In this document: positions 10,801 to 20,256 of the stretch, piece by piece
Position numbering within the stretch: the stretch's first letter is position 1
Layout of the letters: each line of letters starts with the position of its first letter
Origin: [Candidatus Thermochlorobacteriaceae] bacterium GBChlB
GTDB taxonomy: Bacteria; Bacteroidota; Chlorobiia; Chlorobiales; Thermochlorobacteraceae
DNA: 64,000 nt
Assembly (NCBI GenBank): GCA_000724175.1
Contig: JPGV01000015.1
Coordinates: 68,523 to 132,522 of the forward strand
Reading direction: 5' to 3'
The notes under the pieces: generated by a model
What the model was told of the DNA's origin: nothing
The model's input: only the letters and a program-made list of their open reading frames with translations
Databases searched by the model: none
Position numbers and translations under genes: made by a program

Positions 10801-10903
10801 GCTCAATGCGTTTGCGACGCAGCCGGGCGGTGTCCGTGGCGGCGATGATACAGAAACGCCAATTCCACGTAGCATTTCAATTGCTCTCAGAGTCAACTTT
10901 TAA
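7862..10903 (+). CDS. SusC/RagA-type TonB-dependent outer-membrane receptor
   Basis: 1013 aa. N-terminal carboxypeptidase-regulatory-like domain (ISGKVLESATKQPVVGATVRVENTVLGVPTDRDGNF), plug domain (DIERIEVVKGAAAAAIYGSRANNGVVQIFTKRG), and a terminal aromatic residue (...RVNF). Confidence 0.9.
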   Translation: MTQRLSLWRSNCSATARNAARRRLWLLALLLALPTVSVAQQLRYSISGKVLESATKQPVVGATVRVENTVLGVPTDRDGNFALLVSLQPGSYTISVSYIGFKRKAVKFTLGDNNQVQLGDVLLDEDVTRAEEVVVTGTSVLTSKKEIGNAITTLNASDIDKSAATSIDQALQGKVAGALINQNSGNPGGSISIQLRGVNTVFGSAEPLYIVDGVIINNARPVLLNLGGYAQNRLVDLNPNDIERIEVVKGAAAAAIYGSRANNGVVQIFTKRGALGEPRIEFGTRVNFDNVRKTLEVNTYPFLDPVGTPNQRPTQRFNFQDFIFRQAVGTETYLSVSGGGGSTQYFLSASYLGNQGIIKSSAFQRGTIRANLDQTINNWARLSFSASYSLSNSADILNNGASGSDGMLLALTFNNNNIDPRPDPVTGIYPRLATTANPVEIADRFVFGQVTNRIAGSLRLDVSPFEGFGADITAGFDTYTQTGTGFMPPGNTSGGAPDGFSRRATRDFRQFNLDANARYQADLQPWLKSTTVVGGTLQYERIDQLAAQTTVLAPLVQTVGAGINAPPGELRDVPLTLYGGFLQQTFGAFDKYFLTLGGRVDASSGFGLSNRWQFYPRASLSYSLSDESFWKESGIAQIINSVKLRAAFGNSGGITAIGSFDRLTLFSAVNYGGRPGLVPSTRLGTPDIQPERQREIEVGADMSFLNDRIGLEITYYDKVNTGLLIARNLAPSTGFSTRLDNVATVTNRGIELLLRAVPVQTDNVRWETIVNFSSNRNVASNVVGGTVPLGIFNWSVAQEGQPLGIFFQNAFQRDANGNIVRSTGGPGGAGVPLRLLEPNGANAFRIIGDPNPSWTASWINQVQVVRNLTFRLQIDVLRNATVVNFTQRNLNGLGGGGAGAGRVLAGELPRGFYRNPAPTPDNPGVFFIAENWMEDGSYVKIREASISYAFNDLFGIRSGSISVIGRNLFSFDNYSGFDPELNAFATQPGGVRGGDDTETPIPRSISIALRVNF

Positions 10904-10922
10904 CGCGGAGGATTAAACAGCC

Positions 10923-12374
10923 ATGACCATACAAAAAATGTATTCTACGATTCGCATCTCGGTTGCCGCGTTATGCCTTGCAGGCGCGCTCTTGGCGTTG
11001 AACGGATGCACCTTAGACCCGGCGAACCTGAACTCGGCAACGGAAGACCAAGCGTTAAGCACGCGCGACGGTATTTTTGCCACCGCCGTCGGACTGCAAC
11101 GCTTCTATGCCGTCGATGTGCTGCCAAGCATTGTAACCTCGACGGGTGTAACAAGCCGAGAACTGGCGGTGCGGCGCAGTTTCGTTAATCTCGTCGAGAT
11201 TGAACTCGGCGGCGCCGGGCTCAACAACGCCAACGCCAATGTGCTTGGTCTTTTTACCAACTTGCTGCGCACGATTGAAATCAGCAATCTCATCATCAAC
11301 AGCGCGCCGCGCGTAACGACCATCGTCGATAGCACGCGCAATGGGATTTTAGCGGTGGCCTATTTGCATCGCGCAATGGCGTTGGGAAATCTGATTCAGA
11401 ACTTCGAGCAAGCACCGATTGGCACAGACCGCGCTGAACGCGCCATTTACGGCAACCGCACTGCGGTTTTGAACTTGGCAATTCAATCACTCGATTCGGC
11501 GTTGCTGCGCCTGAACGCCACGCCCGGCACGCTGCTCCCAAACAGCGAATTTCGAAACCGAGTGCTGCCCTCAGGCACGGCGGTCGATTTGAGAAATGTC
11601 ATCAACGCACATCGAGCGCGCTATTTGCTGTATGCAGGCAGATTCCAAGATGCCATAGCCGCCGCTGACCTTGTGCCGCTCAATAGCCGCTCCGATTTTG
11701 TCTATGATGGCTCCAACGCAATCAACCAGCTTTGGGCAAGTGTCTTTAACGCTGCCAATGCGTCTGCAACAGGCACAAACTTCGGCGCCCGCGATAGCCT
11801 TGGATTGCCAGCCGCGCTTTACGAGGTAGCTGACAGTTTGCGCTACCGATTCTTTTTGGGAACAACATTGGTTCGTCCAGCCGGCGTTGGCGAAGCCGGA
11901 TTTCCCGGCTCAATTGCCAGCCCGACGCCAACCGCGCCGCCGCAGTTCTTTCATCGCAATGTGCTGGCATTCTACACCGCAAATAATGTGTCTATTCCAA
12001 TCTACAGGCCGGCAGAAATGACGCTGATTCGCGCCGAAGCCTTTGTGGGTCTGAATCGACCAGCCGATGCCGTCGCGGAAATCAACCGTGTTAGAACAAA
12101 GGTCGGGGTAACTTACGCTATCAATACCGGAGCCAACTCGACACCCTATACAGGGGCGCAAGACGCGGCATCGCTGCGAACCGAAATCTACAAGCAACGC
12201 TGCATCGAGCTGTTCATGACCGGCACGCGGCTCGAGGACGCACGACGGTTGGGCATTCCGGGTCCAACACCAGGACAAGTTGTGCCGCCGACCGTGCGCA
12301 ATAGAAATTTCTATCCGTATCCCGAACGTGAACGCACCAACAATCCGAACACACCGACGGATCCGACAATCTGA
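10923..12374 (+). CDS. SusD/RagB-family nutrient-binding lipoprotein
   Basis: 483 aa, 19 nt downstream of the SusC gene. Lipobox LALNGC. C-terminal RagB/SusD signature IYKQRCIELFMTGTRLEDARRLG. Confidence 0.85.
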   Translation: MTIQKMYSTIRISVAALCLAGALLALNGCTLDPANLNSATEDQALSTRDGIFATAVGLQRFYAVDVLPSIVTSTGVTSRELAVRRSFVNLVEIELGGAGLNNANANVLGLFTNLLRTIEISNLIINSAPRVTTIVDSTRNGILAVAYLHRAMALGNLIQNFEQAPIGTDRAERAIYGNRTAVLNLAIQSLDSALLRLNATPGTLLPNSEFRNRVLPSGTAVDLRNVINAHRARYLLYAGRFQDAIAAADLVPLNSRSDFVYDGSNAINQLWASVFNAANASATGTNFGARDSLGLPAALYEVADSLRYRFFLGTTLVRPAGVGEAGFPGSIASPTPTAPPQFFHRNVLAFYTANNVSIPIYRPAEMTLIRAEAFVGLNRPADAVAEINRVRTKVGVTYAINTGANSTPYTGAQDAASLRTEIYKQRCIELFMTGTRLEDARRLGIPGPTPGQVVPPTVRNRNFYPYPERERTNNPNTPTDPTI

Positions 12375-12396
12375 CGAGCGACCACTGCACAACGGA

Positions 12397-12422
12397 AAAG
12401 CCCGCATCTTGCGGGCTTTTTT
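12397..12422. terminator. bidirectional intrinsic terminator (SusD gene / CDGSH gene)
   Basis: AAAAGCCCGC-atctt-GCGGGCTTTTTT. Confidence 0.75.
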
Positions 12423-12445
12423 GCTGATAAAAACAAACGAGCGTA

Positions 12446-12652
12446 TTAAGCCGACGCCTTGACCTCCGATGTAAAGCCGCACGTTTTATGCGCGCCATCG
12501 CAGAAAGGCTTTTTGGCACTTTGACCACAGCGACACAGAAAAACGGCAGGCTTGCCTGCCACATTGAAGACACCGCCTTGCGGGTCGCAAACTTCAAAGT
12601 CGCCTTCAACTTTAATCGAGCCGTTGGTTAAAATCGTGAGTTTCGCGGGCAT
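12446..12652 (-). CDS. CDGSH-type iron-sulfur domain protein
   Basis: 68 aa with the motif CRCGQSAKKPFCDGAH. Confidence 0.85.
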   Translation of the reverse strand: MPAKLTILTNGSIKVEGDFEVCDPQGGVFNVAGKPAVFLCRCGQSAKKPFCDGAHKTCGFTSEVKASA

Positions 12653-12702
12653 TGGTTATTTTGTGGTTTAGAGTTTAATAAACTGTCGCTCAAAAATACA
12701 CT

Positions 12703-13794
12703 ATGTTGAAAGCGTTTCAAACTGACGATGCGTTCTTAGAAAATATCAACCCTGCCGTGCGCGACCTTTCGCCATACAGCGTCGAGGGCGGACAAACGGC
12801 AAGCATTAAGCTCAATCAAAACGAAAATCCGTTCGACCTGCCCGCGTGGCTGAAACTGGAAATCCTCAATGAGTTTTACAAGGAACACTGGAATCGCTAT
12901 CCCGACGTGTTTCCGACCGAAGCCATTACACGCTATGCCAAGTTTCTTAACGTGCCGAAAGAGTGCGTCATGATGGGCAACGGCTCAAACGAACTTATCT
13001 ACACCATCTTTATGGCAACGTTCCGCAAAGGCGCATCGGTCTTGATTCCTGCGCCGACATTTTCGCTCTATGAAAAAGTCGCCGCGCTGGTGCAAGCCGA
13101 CATCCTCAAAATCGGCATGACCGATGATTTAAAGTTTCGCGTCAGCGACATCATCGAGGAAGCCCAACGCTCCCGCCCAAACGTGATTATTTTATCGACG
13201 GCGAACAACCCGACAAGTCAATCTATGCCGCTCGAAGACATTGAGCGCATTGTCGCCGAAACGCGCTCGCTCGTCTTGGTCGATGAAGCCTATCACGAAT
13301 TTTCAAAACAGCGTTCTGCGCTCGACCTGATTGAAAATTATTCCAACGTGATGGTCTTGCGGACGATGTCGAAAGCATTTTCAATGGCGGGCTTGCGCGT
13401 CGGGTTCGTGGTGGCTAACCCGGCGCTCATACAGGAACTCATGAAGCCGAAGATTCCATTTGCCTCGTCGCGCCTTGCCGAAATTGCGGTCATGAAAATC
13501 CTCGAGAATTACCACGTCGTCAAGGGCAGCATCGAGACCATTTTGCGCGAGCGCGAACGCCTGACGAGCGCGTTGCGAGAAATTCCAAAATTGAAGGTCT
13601 ATGAAAGCGACGCAAATTTTTTCGTCGTTCAGCTCGAGCAGCCGAAGGAAATGTTTGAGGCGTTGAAAGCGCGCGATATTTTGGTGCGAAGCGTAACGGG
13701 CTATCCGCAGATGGAAAAGTGTTTGCGCGTTGCAATCGGCACGCCCGACGAAAACAATAAACTGCTCTCGGAACTCAAAAGATTATTAAGTTAA
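12703..13794 (+). CDS. hisC: histidinol-phosphate aminotransferase
   Basis: 363 aa. Contains LNQNENPF, the PLP-lysine context LRTMSKAFSMAGLRVG, and C-terminal LRVAIGTPDEN. Confidence 0.88.
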   Translation: MLKAFQTDDAFLENINPAVRDLSPYSVEGGQTASIKLNQNENPFDLPAWLKLEILNEFYKEHWNRYPDVFPTEAITRYAKFLNVPKECVMMGNGSNELIYTIFMATFRKGASVLIPAPTFSLYEKVAALVQADILKIGMTDDLKFRVSDIIEEAQRSRPNVIILSTANNPTSQSMPLEDIERIVAETRSLVLVDEAYHEFSKQRSALDLIENYSNVMVLRTMSKAFSMAGLRVGFVVANPALIQELMKPKIPFASSRLAEIAVMKILENYHVVKGSIETILRERERLTSALREIPKLKVYESDANFFVVQLEQPKEMFEALKARDILVRSVTGYPQMEKCLRVAIGTPDENNKLLSELKRLLS

Positions 13795-13805
13795 ACGAAA
13801 ATCGT

Positions 13806-13835
13806 TTTGATTGCCTGAAACGTTGGCTAACTTTG
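13806..13835 (+). promoter_or_regulatory. candidate Bacteroides-type sigma-A promoter (-33 TTTG / -7 TAACTTTG) for the histidine kinase gene
   Basis: TTTG at 13806-13809, an 18-nt spacer, then TAACTTTG at 13828-13835, which matches TAnnTTTG. If real, it argues for the ATG at 13860 rather than the TTG at 13833. Confidence 0.3.
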
Positions 13836-13859
13836 CGCACGAAAAAAAGCGACGTTGTA

Positions 13860-15845
13860 ATGAACAGTATTTTGAAAAAAATCACGCTTCTCGGCATACT
13901 GCTTTGGCTGCTAACAAGCGGCGCTGAAGCTCAAAACCGTCGCGTCATTGATAGCTTAATGAAACGGATTCCGTCGGCAAAGGACACCTCCTTAGCTAAA
14001 CTCTACAACGCCATCGCGTGGGAATACCGTTGGTTCGACCTTGACTCCTCGCTCAAATATGGTCGCTTGGGCTATGCGGTCGCTTTGGACCGACGCTTCA
14101 AAGACGGCCTTGCGCAGAACCAAAATTATATGGGCGTCATTTATTCCAACCGCGGAGATTACTCGCGGGCAATGGAGTTTTTCTTCAATGCATTGCAATA
14201 TGCCGAACAGCCGCCGCGCAACGCAGTCGAAGTCGGCTACGCGCTCAACAACATCGGCAATGTCCACAAACATCAAGGCGCGCTTGCCCAAGCCATTGAA
14301 TACGGCACTCGCGCGTTGCAAGAATTTGAAAAATTAGGCGATAAGCGCGGCATTGCGTATTGCTGCATCAGGCTCGGCGAGACCTACGAGCAGCAACGCA
14401 ATTACGAAAAAGCGCTGGAGTATTGCTATCGCACGCTCAAATTGCGCGAAGAGCTACAAGACAACGACGGGATTCAAAGCATAAAAATACGGTTGGGCAT
14501 TATCTACAGCGCACTCGGCGATTACGAAAAAGCGCTATCCTTTCATCGCAGCGTCTTAGACATGCTCAAAGCCAGCAACTCGCGCTGGGGAACGGCGACA
14601 AGCCTGAACAGCATTGCACAGATTTACCTCAAATACGGCAGGCTCGATACGGCGTTGGTAACTGCCGAAGCATGTTTCAAGGTGGCCAGAGACTTCAATA
14701 GCAAAGAAAAGTTGATGGAAGCCTCGCGGACGCTGGGCGACATCTACGCCGCCAAGCAAGACTATGTGAAAGCCTATGCCTACTCCAAACTCGCTGAAAG
14801 CATGAAAGACTCGGTCATAAACGAGCAAAATCTGCGCGCGGTGGCGAATATGCAAGCCTTGCACGATGTGCAGCGGCGTCAGGTTCAAATCGAGATGCTG
14901 CAAAAGGAAAACGAGAAAGAAGCCTTGATTCGAAACTCGCTTATTGGCGGCGTGCTGCTGCTTGTCATCGTCGCAGCGCTGGCCGTCAACAGCTACCGCC
15001 AGAAAAAACGCTCCGAAGAGCAATACAAAGTTCAAAACGAAGAATTGATACGGCTCAACGAACTGCTCAACGCGGAACGCTACAAGGCAGAGCAGCAGCG
15101 CACCATTGCCGAAGAAGCCAACGCGTTCAAAACCGAACTCTTGGGCATTGCAGCACACGACCTCAAAAATCCGTTGCAGTCCATCATGGGATTTACGGCA
15201 TTGATACTCGAAGAAATTGACGGGGAAAGTTCTGTCGCTGAGAAACTCAAAATTATACTGCGTGCATCGGAGCGCACGCTCAAAATTATCACCGATATGC
15301 TCCAAACCACCGCGCTCGAGAGCCGTAAAATTGAGCTCAAAAAACAAAAAACGCTCATTGCGGAATTGGTGCAGCGTGTCGTGGAAGCCAACAGCGTTCA
15401 AGCCGAATTGAAATCACAAAAGTTGGAACTCATTATCATGAGCCCCGACGCCGTCGCCGACATCGACTTGGGCTGGATGCGCGAAGCGTTTGAGAATTTG
15501 GTCAGCAATGCCATCAAATATACGCCCAAGGGAAAACATATCAGGGTTATCGTCTCCGAAACAGAAACAACGGTGCGCGTCGAAGTCAAAGACGAGGGAC
15601 AAGGGCTTACGGACGACGACATGAAAAAACTCTTCGGCAAATTTCAGAAACTGTCCGCGCGACCAACCGGCGGCGAAACATCGACAGGCTTGGGCTTATC
15701 GATTGTCAAACAATTGGTCGACCTGCACGGCGGAAAAGTCTGGGCGGAGTCGGACGGCAAAGACAAAGGCAGTTCGTTCTTTATTGAGCTGCCAAAAGCG
15801 TTCATCGGCGCTGTGCCTTCAAGACAACTTGCCGCGCAATCGTAG
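13860..15845 (+). CDS. sensor histidine kinase with N-terminal TPR repeats
   Basis: Signal/anchor MNSILKKITLLGILLWLLTSGAEAQ, multiple TPR-like repeats, a TM helix (LIGGVLLLVIVAALAV), a coiled coil, HisKA (LLGIAAHDLKNPL) and HATPase_c (GLGLSIVKQLVDLHGG). The track ORF starts at 13833 (TTG). Confidence 0.85.
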   Translation: MNSILKKITLLGILLWLLTSGAEAQNRRVIDSLMKRIPSAKDTSLAKLYNAIAWEYRWFDLDSSLKYGRLGYAVALDRRFKDGLAQNQNYMGVIYSNRGDYSRAMEFFFNALQYAEQPPRNAVEVGYALNNIGNVHKHQGALAQAIEYGTRALQEFEKLGDKRGIAYCCIRLGETYEQQRNYEKALEYCYRTLKLREELQDNDGIQSIKIRLGIIYSALGDYEKALSFHRSVLDMLKASNSRWGTATSLNSIAQIYLKYGRLDTALVTAEACFKVARDFNSKEKLMEASRTLGDIYAAKQDYVKAYAYSKLAESMKDSVINEQNLRAVANMQALHDVQRRQVQIEMLQKENEKEALIRNSLIGGVLLLVIVAALAVNSYRQKKRSEEQYKVQNEELIRLNELLNAERYKAEQQRTIAEEANAFKTELLGIAAHDLKNPLQSIMGFTALILEEIDGESSVAEKLKIILRASERTLKIITDMLQTTALESRKIELKKQKTLIAELVQRVVEANSVQAELKSQKLELIIMSPDAVADIDLGWMREAFENLVSNAIKYTPKGKHIRVIVSETETTVRVEVKDEGQGLTDDDMKKLFGKFQKLSARPTGGETSTGLGLSIVKQLVDLHGGKVWAESDGKDKGSSFFIELPKAFIGAVPSRQLAAQS

Positions 15846-15854
15846 TTGCTACCA

Positions 15855-16406
15855 ATGTCGCTCCGAAAACTGTCTGGCAACGAAATGAATCGCCTTTCTG
15901 CCGACGAGTTCCGCGCCGCGCCGAAACACCCGATTTACCTCTTGCTCCAAAATATCCGCTCGATGTGGAATGTCGGCGCGATGTTCCGAATCGCCGATGC
16001 TGCACGCATCGAAAAAATTCTCATCACGGGTTACACCGCCGTGCCGCCGCGCAAAGAAATCGACAAGACCGCACTCGGCGCAACCGAAACCGTAGCGTGG
16101 GAATACCTCAAAAATCCGCTCGACGCCATTGCATTGTTGAAAGTGCAAGGCGTAAAAATCGCCGCCTTGGAAATTGCCGAAAACGCCCGCCGATATGATG
16201 CGCTCACGAAACAGGACTTTCCGATTTGCCTTGTCGTTGGAAACGAAGTGTCGGGGATTGATGACGATGTGCTTGTGGCGTGCGACTTCGCCATTGAGAT
16301 TCCGCAGTATGGCACAAAACATTCGCTCAACGCTGCCGTCTCGGTCGGCATTGCTGTGTTCGAGTGCGTGCGCGCTTTAAAGAACCAGACAAAAGAACAT
16401 CGTTAG
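15855..16406 (+). CDS. TrmH/SpoU-family RNA 2'-O-methyltransferase
   Basis: About 183 aa. Contains NVGAMFRIADAA, LVVGNEVSGI and SLNAAVSVGIAVFE. The track start at 15846 is TTG; the first ATG is at 15855. Confidence 0.8.
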   Translation: MSLRKLSGNEMNRLSADEFRAAPKHPIYLLLQNIRSMWNVGAMFRIADAARIEKILITGYTAVPPRKEIDKTALGATETVAWEYLKNPLDAIALLKVQGVKIAALEIAENARRYDALTKQDFPICLVVGNEVSGIDDDVLVACDFAIEIPQYGTKHSLNAAVSVGIAVFECVRALKNQTKEHR

Positions 16407-17122
16407 GGGTTTCCCAAAAATGTTTCTGTCAAAACGCCATCGTTCATTTCCAAACAACGGTTCGCCAGCGAGGCATAGCGGCTGTTGTGCGTTACAATCA
16501 CAAACGATGTCTTGCGCTCGCGCGCAAGCGTGGCGAGCAGCTCATAAAGTTTATCGCTGTTTTGTGAATCCAAATTGCCTGACGGTTCATCGGCAAGCAC
16601 GATGTCGGGATTATTCACTAACGCCCGCGCCACCGCCACACGCTGCGCTTCGCCGCCTGAAAGCTCCGACGGTAAATGATGCAATCGGTCTTGCAATCCG
16701 ACGCTGACAAGCAGCGGCTCTGCGCGCTGTTGCGCGGCTTTGAAATCACCGGTCAAAATAAAATTCGGCATCGCGGCGTTTTCGAGCGCGGTGAAATCTT
16801 CCAAAAGATGGTGAAATTGAAAGACAAAGCCGAGCCGCTTGTTCCGAAACACGGCGAGTTTCTCATCGGAAAGTTGAAAGGCATGATTGGAAAAAATTTT
16901 ATCGCCGCGAAAAAAAATTTCTCCGGAATCGGGCGTGTCGAGCGTGCCGAGCGCATTGAGCAAGGTTGTTTTCCCGCTTCCCGACGCGCCGACAATGGTA
17001 ACAAGTTCGTTTTCATACACCGAAAGCGAGACGCCGTGCAGAATCTCGATGCGCTCGCGCCCCTTCGGCGAGTAAGATTTGTAGAGCTCGACGGCGCGTA
17101 AAATCTCGACAGCGGCGGTCAA
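16403..17122 (-). CDS. lolD: ABC transporter ATP-binding protein, LolD/MacB-type
   Basis: 239 aa. Walker A GASGSGKTT, signature LSGGEAQRVAVARAL, Walker B IVLADEP. TTG start within a TTGA overlap with the upstream gene. Confidence 0.7.
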   Translation of the reverse strand: MTAAVEILRAVELYKSYSPKGRERIEILHGVSLSVYENELVTIVGASGSGKTTLLNALGTLDTPDSGEIFFRGDKIFSNHAFQLSDEKLAVFRNKRLGFVFQFHHLLEDFTALENAAMPNFILTGDFKAAQQRAEPLLVSVGLQDRLHHLPSELSGGEAQRVAVARALVNNPDIVLADEPSGNLDSQNSDKLYELLATLARERKTSFVIVTHNSRYASLANRCLEMNDGVLTETFLGNP

Positions 17123-18360
17123 AGTTCTTTAACCTCCTCTTCGACAGCAGCGCGCTCGGCTGATTGATCAACGATGGCTTCACGCGGTTCCAAGAAGCGT
17201 TTTTTGAAAGCAGCGATAAGAAACGCCGATAGCGGCACAGCCAGCAAGACGCCGAGAAATCCGAAAAAATATCCGAAGAGAAAAATCGCCAAGAACAAAA
17301 CAATCGGGTTGAGCTTGACTTTCTCGCCGATAATTTTTGGAACGAGAATGAAGTTTTCAACCAAATGCCCCGCCGCGTAAATGAGCGCGATGAGAAAAAG
17401 CGTCGTTGGCACGTTCTCGCCGAAAAGCGCAACAATGGCGCTGACGGCAAACGCAATGATGCCACCAATGTAGGGAATGAACGACATCACGCCGTAGACA
17501 ATGCCGACGAGCAACGAATAGCGCAGTCCGATGAGCGAAAAGGAAATCGAGTAAAGCGTGATGAGAATGAACATCACGATAAGCTGTCCACGCAAGTATT
17601 GCCGCACGATGTCGCTACCAAGTATGGCGTATTCACGGAATGTTTCTCGATAAGTTCGCGGCACGAGGTCTTGCACGGTTGATTGAATAATCGGAAAGTC
17701 GGTCAAAAAATAATACGATAAAAACGGCACGAGGATAATATCGATGAGCGCCGAAAGAAGTTGCGGAATGCTCCCTGCCACTGCGCCAAGCGCCTCTGCC
17801 GTAATCGAGCCAATGTCGGTTGTTCTCGACCGAAGCCACTCCAAGAGCGACTGCTCTGCGGCGCGTAAATCCAATCCGAGTTGTTGGGCGAGCGGACTCG
17901 TCATGATGTCGTTGAAGAGCGTTTCGGTTTGTGCAGGCAGCATCGCCAGCGCGCGCGTCAGTGCGGAAATCTGGTCTGAAATGAGCGGCGTGATGAACAC
18001 CACCGCTAAAATCAACCCGCCGACGCCGAAGAGCGTAATCAAGAGCGCGGCAGCCGGGCGTGTTAGTCGCCAACAAATCAATCGCTCGACGAGCGGCTCG
18101 AACAAATACGCTAACACAAAGCCGATGATGAACGGCGCAAGCAGTCCAGATAAGACTTTCGCAAACCAAACGACGAACAGCACAGCGGTTATCCAAAGCA
18201 ATCGATTTGCGTAGAAATTGTCCCGAATCGGATAGAGCAGAAACACAACAACAATGAGCATCAGGAGCGGCGAGAGAACAATGCGCACCTCGACGGCGAA
18301 ATACAGCACCGCAAGGCTCGACAAGGCGAGCAAAAAATACTGCGTGGCTTTGTCGGTCAT
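17119..18360 (-). CDS. AI-2E family transporter (PerM/UPF0118 permease)
   Basis: Polytopic membrane protein of about 413 aa with the typical AI-2E C-terminal half (...VPKIIGEKVKLNPIVLFLAIF.FG..FG..G.LLAVPL). The track start at 18381 is TTG; the ATG is at 18360. Confidence 0.75.
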   Translation of the reverse strand: MTDKATQYFLLALSSLAVLYFAVEVRIVLSPLLMLIVVVFLLYPIRDNFYANRLLWITAVLFVVWFAKVLSGLLAPFIIGFVLAYLFEPLVERLICWRLTRPAAALLITLFGVGGLILAVVFITPLISDQISALTRALAMLPAQTETLFNDIMTSPLAQQLGLDLRAAEQSLLEWLRSRTTDIGSITAEALGAVAGSIPQLLSALIDIILVPFLSYYFLTDFPIIQSTVQDLVPRTYRETFREYAILGSDIVRQYLRGQLIVMFILITLYSISFSLIGLRYSLLVGIVYGVMSFIPYIGGIIAFAVSAIVALFGENVPTTLFLIALIYAAGHLVENFILVPKIIGEKVKLNPIVLFLAIFLFGYFFGFLGVLLAVPLSAFLIAAFKKRFLEPREAIVDQSAERAAVEEEVKEL

Positions 18361-18386
18361 ACAAACAAAACGGTTGAACAAGTCAA

Positions 18387-19094
18387 TTAAGCGTAGCGTG
18401 TGAGCTGGTGCATAGCGACCGTCAGTCCTGAAAACGAATTGATAACCCGAAGTCGCCAGAGTTCCGCCGGCGCGTCAGCAAGTTTCGCCCGCAACTGCGC
18501 AGGCGAATCGAATCGATAAACGGCTTTGCTGCGCAGAACAAATCCGTCGCTGGACGCGCACCGAATCGAGAGCGCCGATGTGTAACCAGCAGAACGACAC
18601 TCGTCAATCACGCGCGCATCAAACATACCAAAAGGAAAGGAAAGTTGTGTTATGGCTTTTCCTAACGCATCTTCCAGAAACTGTCTCGAGTCGAGAAGTT
18701 CGCGCCGAAGGTCAGTGTTGGAAAGCGTGGTGAGCGCCCGATGTGTAACGCCATGACTGCCGATGTGCCAGCCCGCGCTCGAAAGCGCCTTCACCTGCGA
18801 GAGCGACAAATGCATGAACGCGCCAAAAAAATTCGAGTCCCACGAATTGGGGTTGCCAAGCATTGAGGTAACGACGAACACCGACGCCGTCAAGCCGTGT
18901 TCAGCGAGAATCGGATAGGCTGCCGTAAAAGTGTTGTCGTAGCCATCATCGAAGGCAAGTTGCGGACGCACCGACGCAGGCAAAGAGGCAATCCACGCTA
19001 CATCGCGTCGAAACGCGTCGGGCGTGCGCGTGCCAATGCCGAAATCGAGGCGCGAAGTGATTTTATGGTAGCAAAAAATCGGCGGCGAATTCAT
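18387..19094 (-). CDS. polysaccharide deacetylase family protein
   Basis: Contains FCYHKI, FDDGYDN and GSHGVTHRAL (NodB-like motifs). The track start at 19112 is TTG; the ATG is at 19094. Confidence 0.75.
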   Translation of the reverse strand: MNSPPIFCYHKITSRLDFGIGTRTPDAFRRDVAWIASLPASVRPQLAFDDGYDNTFTAAYPILAEHGLTASVFVVTSMLGNPNSWDSNFFGAFMHLSLSQVKALSSAGWHIGSHGVTHRALTTLSNTDLRRELLDSRQFLEDALGKAITQLSFPFGMFDARVIDECRSAGYTSALSIRCASSDGFVLRSKAVYRFDSPAQLRAKLADAPAELWRLRVINSFSGLTVAMHQLTRYA

Positions 19095-19296
19095 ACCGTC
19101 GCAGTAAAGCAAAAATTTCCGTAAGATACAGAAAAAAGCAGCGATTCGGGCGAATCTCTATTGTATTAAATCGCGTTGCCAAACAAGATTTCGCTTGTAA
19201 CTCTCTCCGAAACTTCATAGCTTGTTTTTGCGAAGTATGTGCAGAAGCGTTCAGAAGTGTTCAGGGAGAGCTCCAATTACAGAAAGGAAATACCAA

Positions 19297-20172
19297 ATGC
19301 CCATCGTTCTTGTCTTAAAAGCCAGCGGAAAAAAAACACCGCCGACAAAATCGAAACCCAAGTCCGACTCGGGTGCGACGGCGAAACCCTCCGCTAAATC
19401 AGCGTCAAAAGAATCAGTTGTGAAAAAAGACAGCGCAAAGTCCACGGCGGCGCCCAAGCCTGACCGTGCGTCTGAGAAAGCAAAACCGCAGGCGACAAAA
19501 GTAAAAGACGAGCTTGACTTCGACACCATCGAACCGCTCTCGGACGAAGACATCACTCTCGCCGAACCTAAGAGCGACTCGCAACGCCTGACGCGCGCGG
19601 AAATCGAGCGCCAACTCGATTTCCAAAAAGAGGCGATGATACATATCGATTCGCTTTACAACTTTGCGCTGCGCATGACGGGCGACGCCGAAGATGCCAA
19701 CGACCTCGTGCAGGAAACCTACATGAAAGCCTATCGCTTCTTCGACTCGTTTGAAAAAGGAACGAACTGCAAAGCATGGCTGTTTCGTATTCTCAAGAAC
19801 AGTTACATCAACAAGTATCGTAAGGAATCCAAAGAACCAGACAAGGTTGATTACGACGACATCAAAGAGTTTTATCACACGATAAAACACAGTTCGCTCG
19901 ACTCCAATGATATGCAGGAAAAGATGTTTGGCGAACTCTTGGACGATGAAGTCGCGCGCGCGCTGGAAAGCTTGCCAGAAGATTTCAAGGAGGTCGTTCA
20001 ACTTTGCGACATCGAAGGGTTCACTTACGAAGAAATTGCAAATATGGTCGATTGCCCGATTGGCACCGTGCGCTCACGGCTGCATCGCGGACGAAAGATT
20101 TTGCGAGATAAGCTCATGGAATATGCAATACAGCACGGCTATAGATTCAACCCTGACGATTGGCAAGATTAA
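19297..20172 (+). CDS. ECF-type RNA polymerase sigma factor with a long low-complexity N-terminal extension
   Basis: Region 2 ([29 protein letters not shown]) and region 4 ([35 protein letters not shown]) are clear. The ATG at 19297 follows AAAGGAAA. The track ORF extends to the TTG at 19222. Confidence 0.85.
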   Translation: MPIVLVLKASGKKTPPTKSKPKSDSGATAKPSAKSASKESVVKKDSAKSTAAPKPDRASEKAKPQATKVKDELDFDTIEPLSDEDITLAEPKSDSQRLTRAEIERQLDFQKEAMIHIDSLYNFALRMTGDAEDANDLVQETYMKAYRFFDSFEKGTNCKAWLFRILKNSYINKYRKESKEPDKVDYDDIKEFYHTIKHSSLDSNDMQEKMFGELLDDEVARALESLPEDFKEVVQLCDIEGFTYEEIANMVDCPIGTVRSRLHRGRKILRDKLMEYAIQHGYRFNPDDWQD

Positions 20173-20256
20173 CGCCATCATTGACAAAGCAAACAACCGT
20201 ACCGCACTCAAAACGGGCGAGTATATTTACAACCAACGCAAACCGGAGCAGTAACA

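Noticed and set aside
14556-15401. 281-aa minus-strand ORF
   Set aside because: It is antisense to the histidine kinase gene, whose HisKA and coiled-coil regions are clear. Its composition is not protein-like.
17633-18364. 243-aa minus-strand ORF in another frame of the AI-2E permease gene
   Set aside because: It is an R/A-rich product that overlaps a convincing polytopic permease reading frame.
19414-20001. 195-aa minus-strand ORF opposite the ECF sigma gene
   Set aside because: It is antisense to clear sigma regions 2 and 4 and has no motifs.
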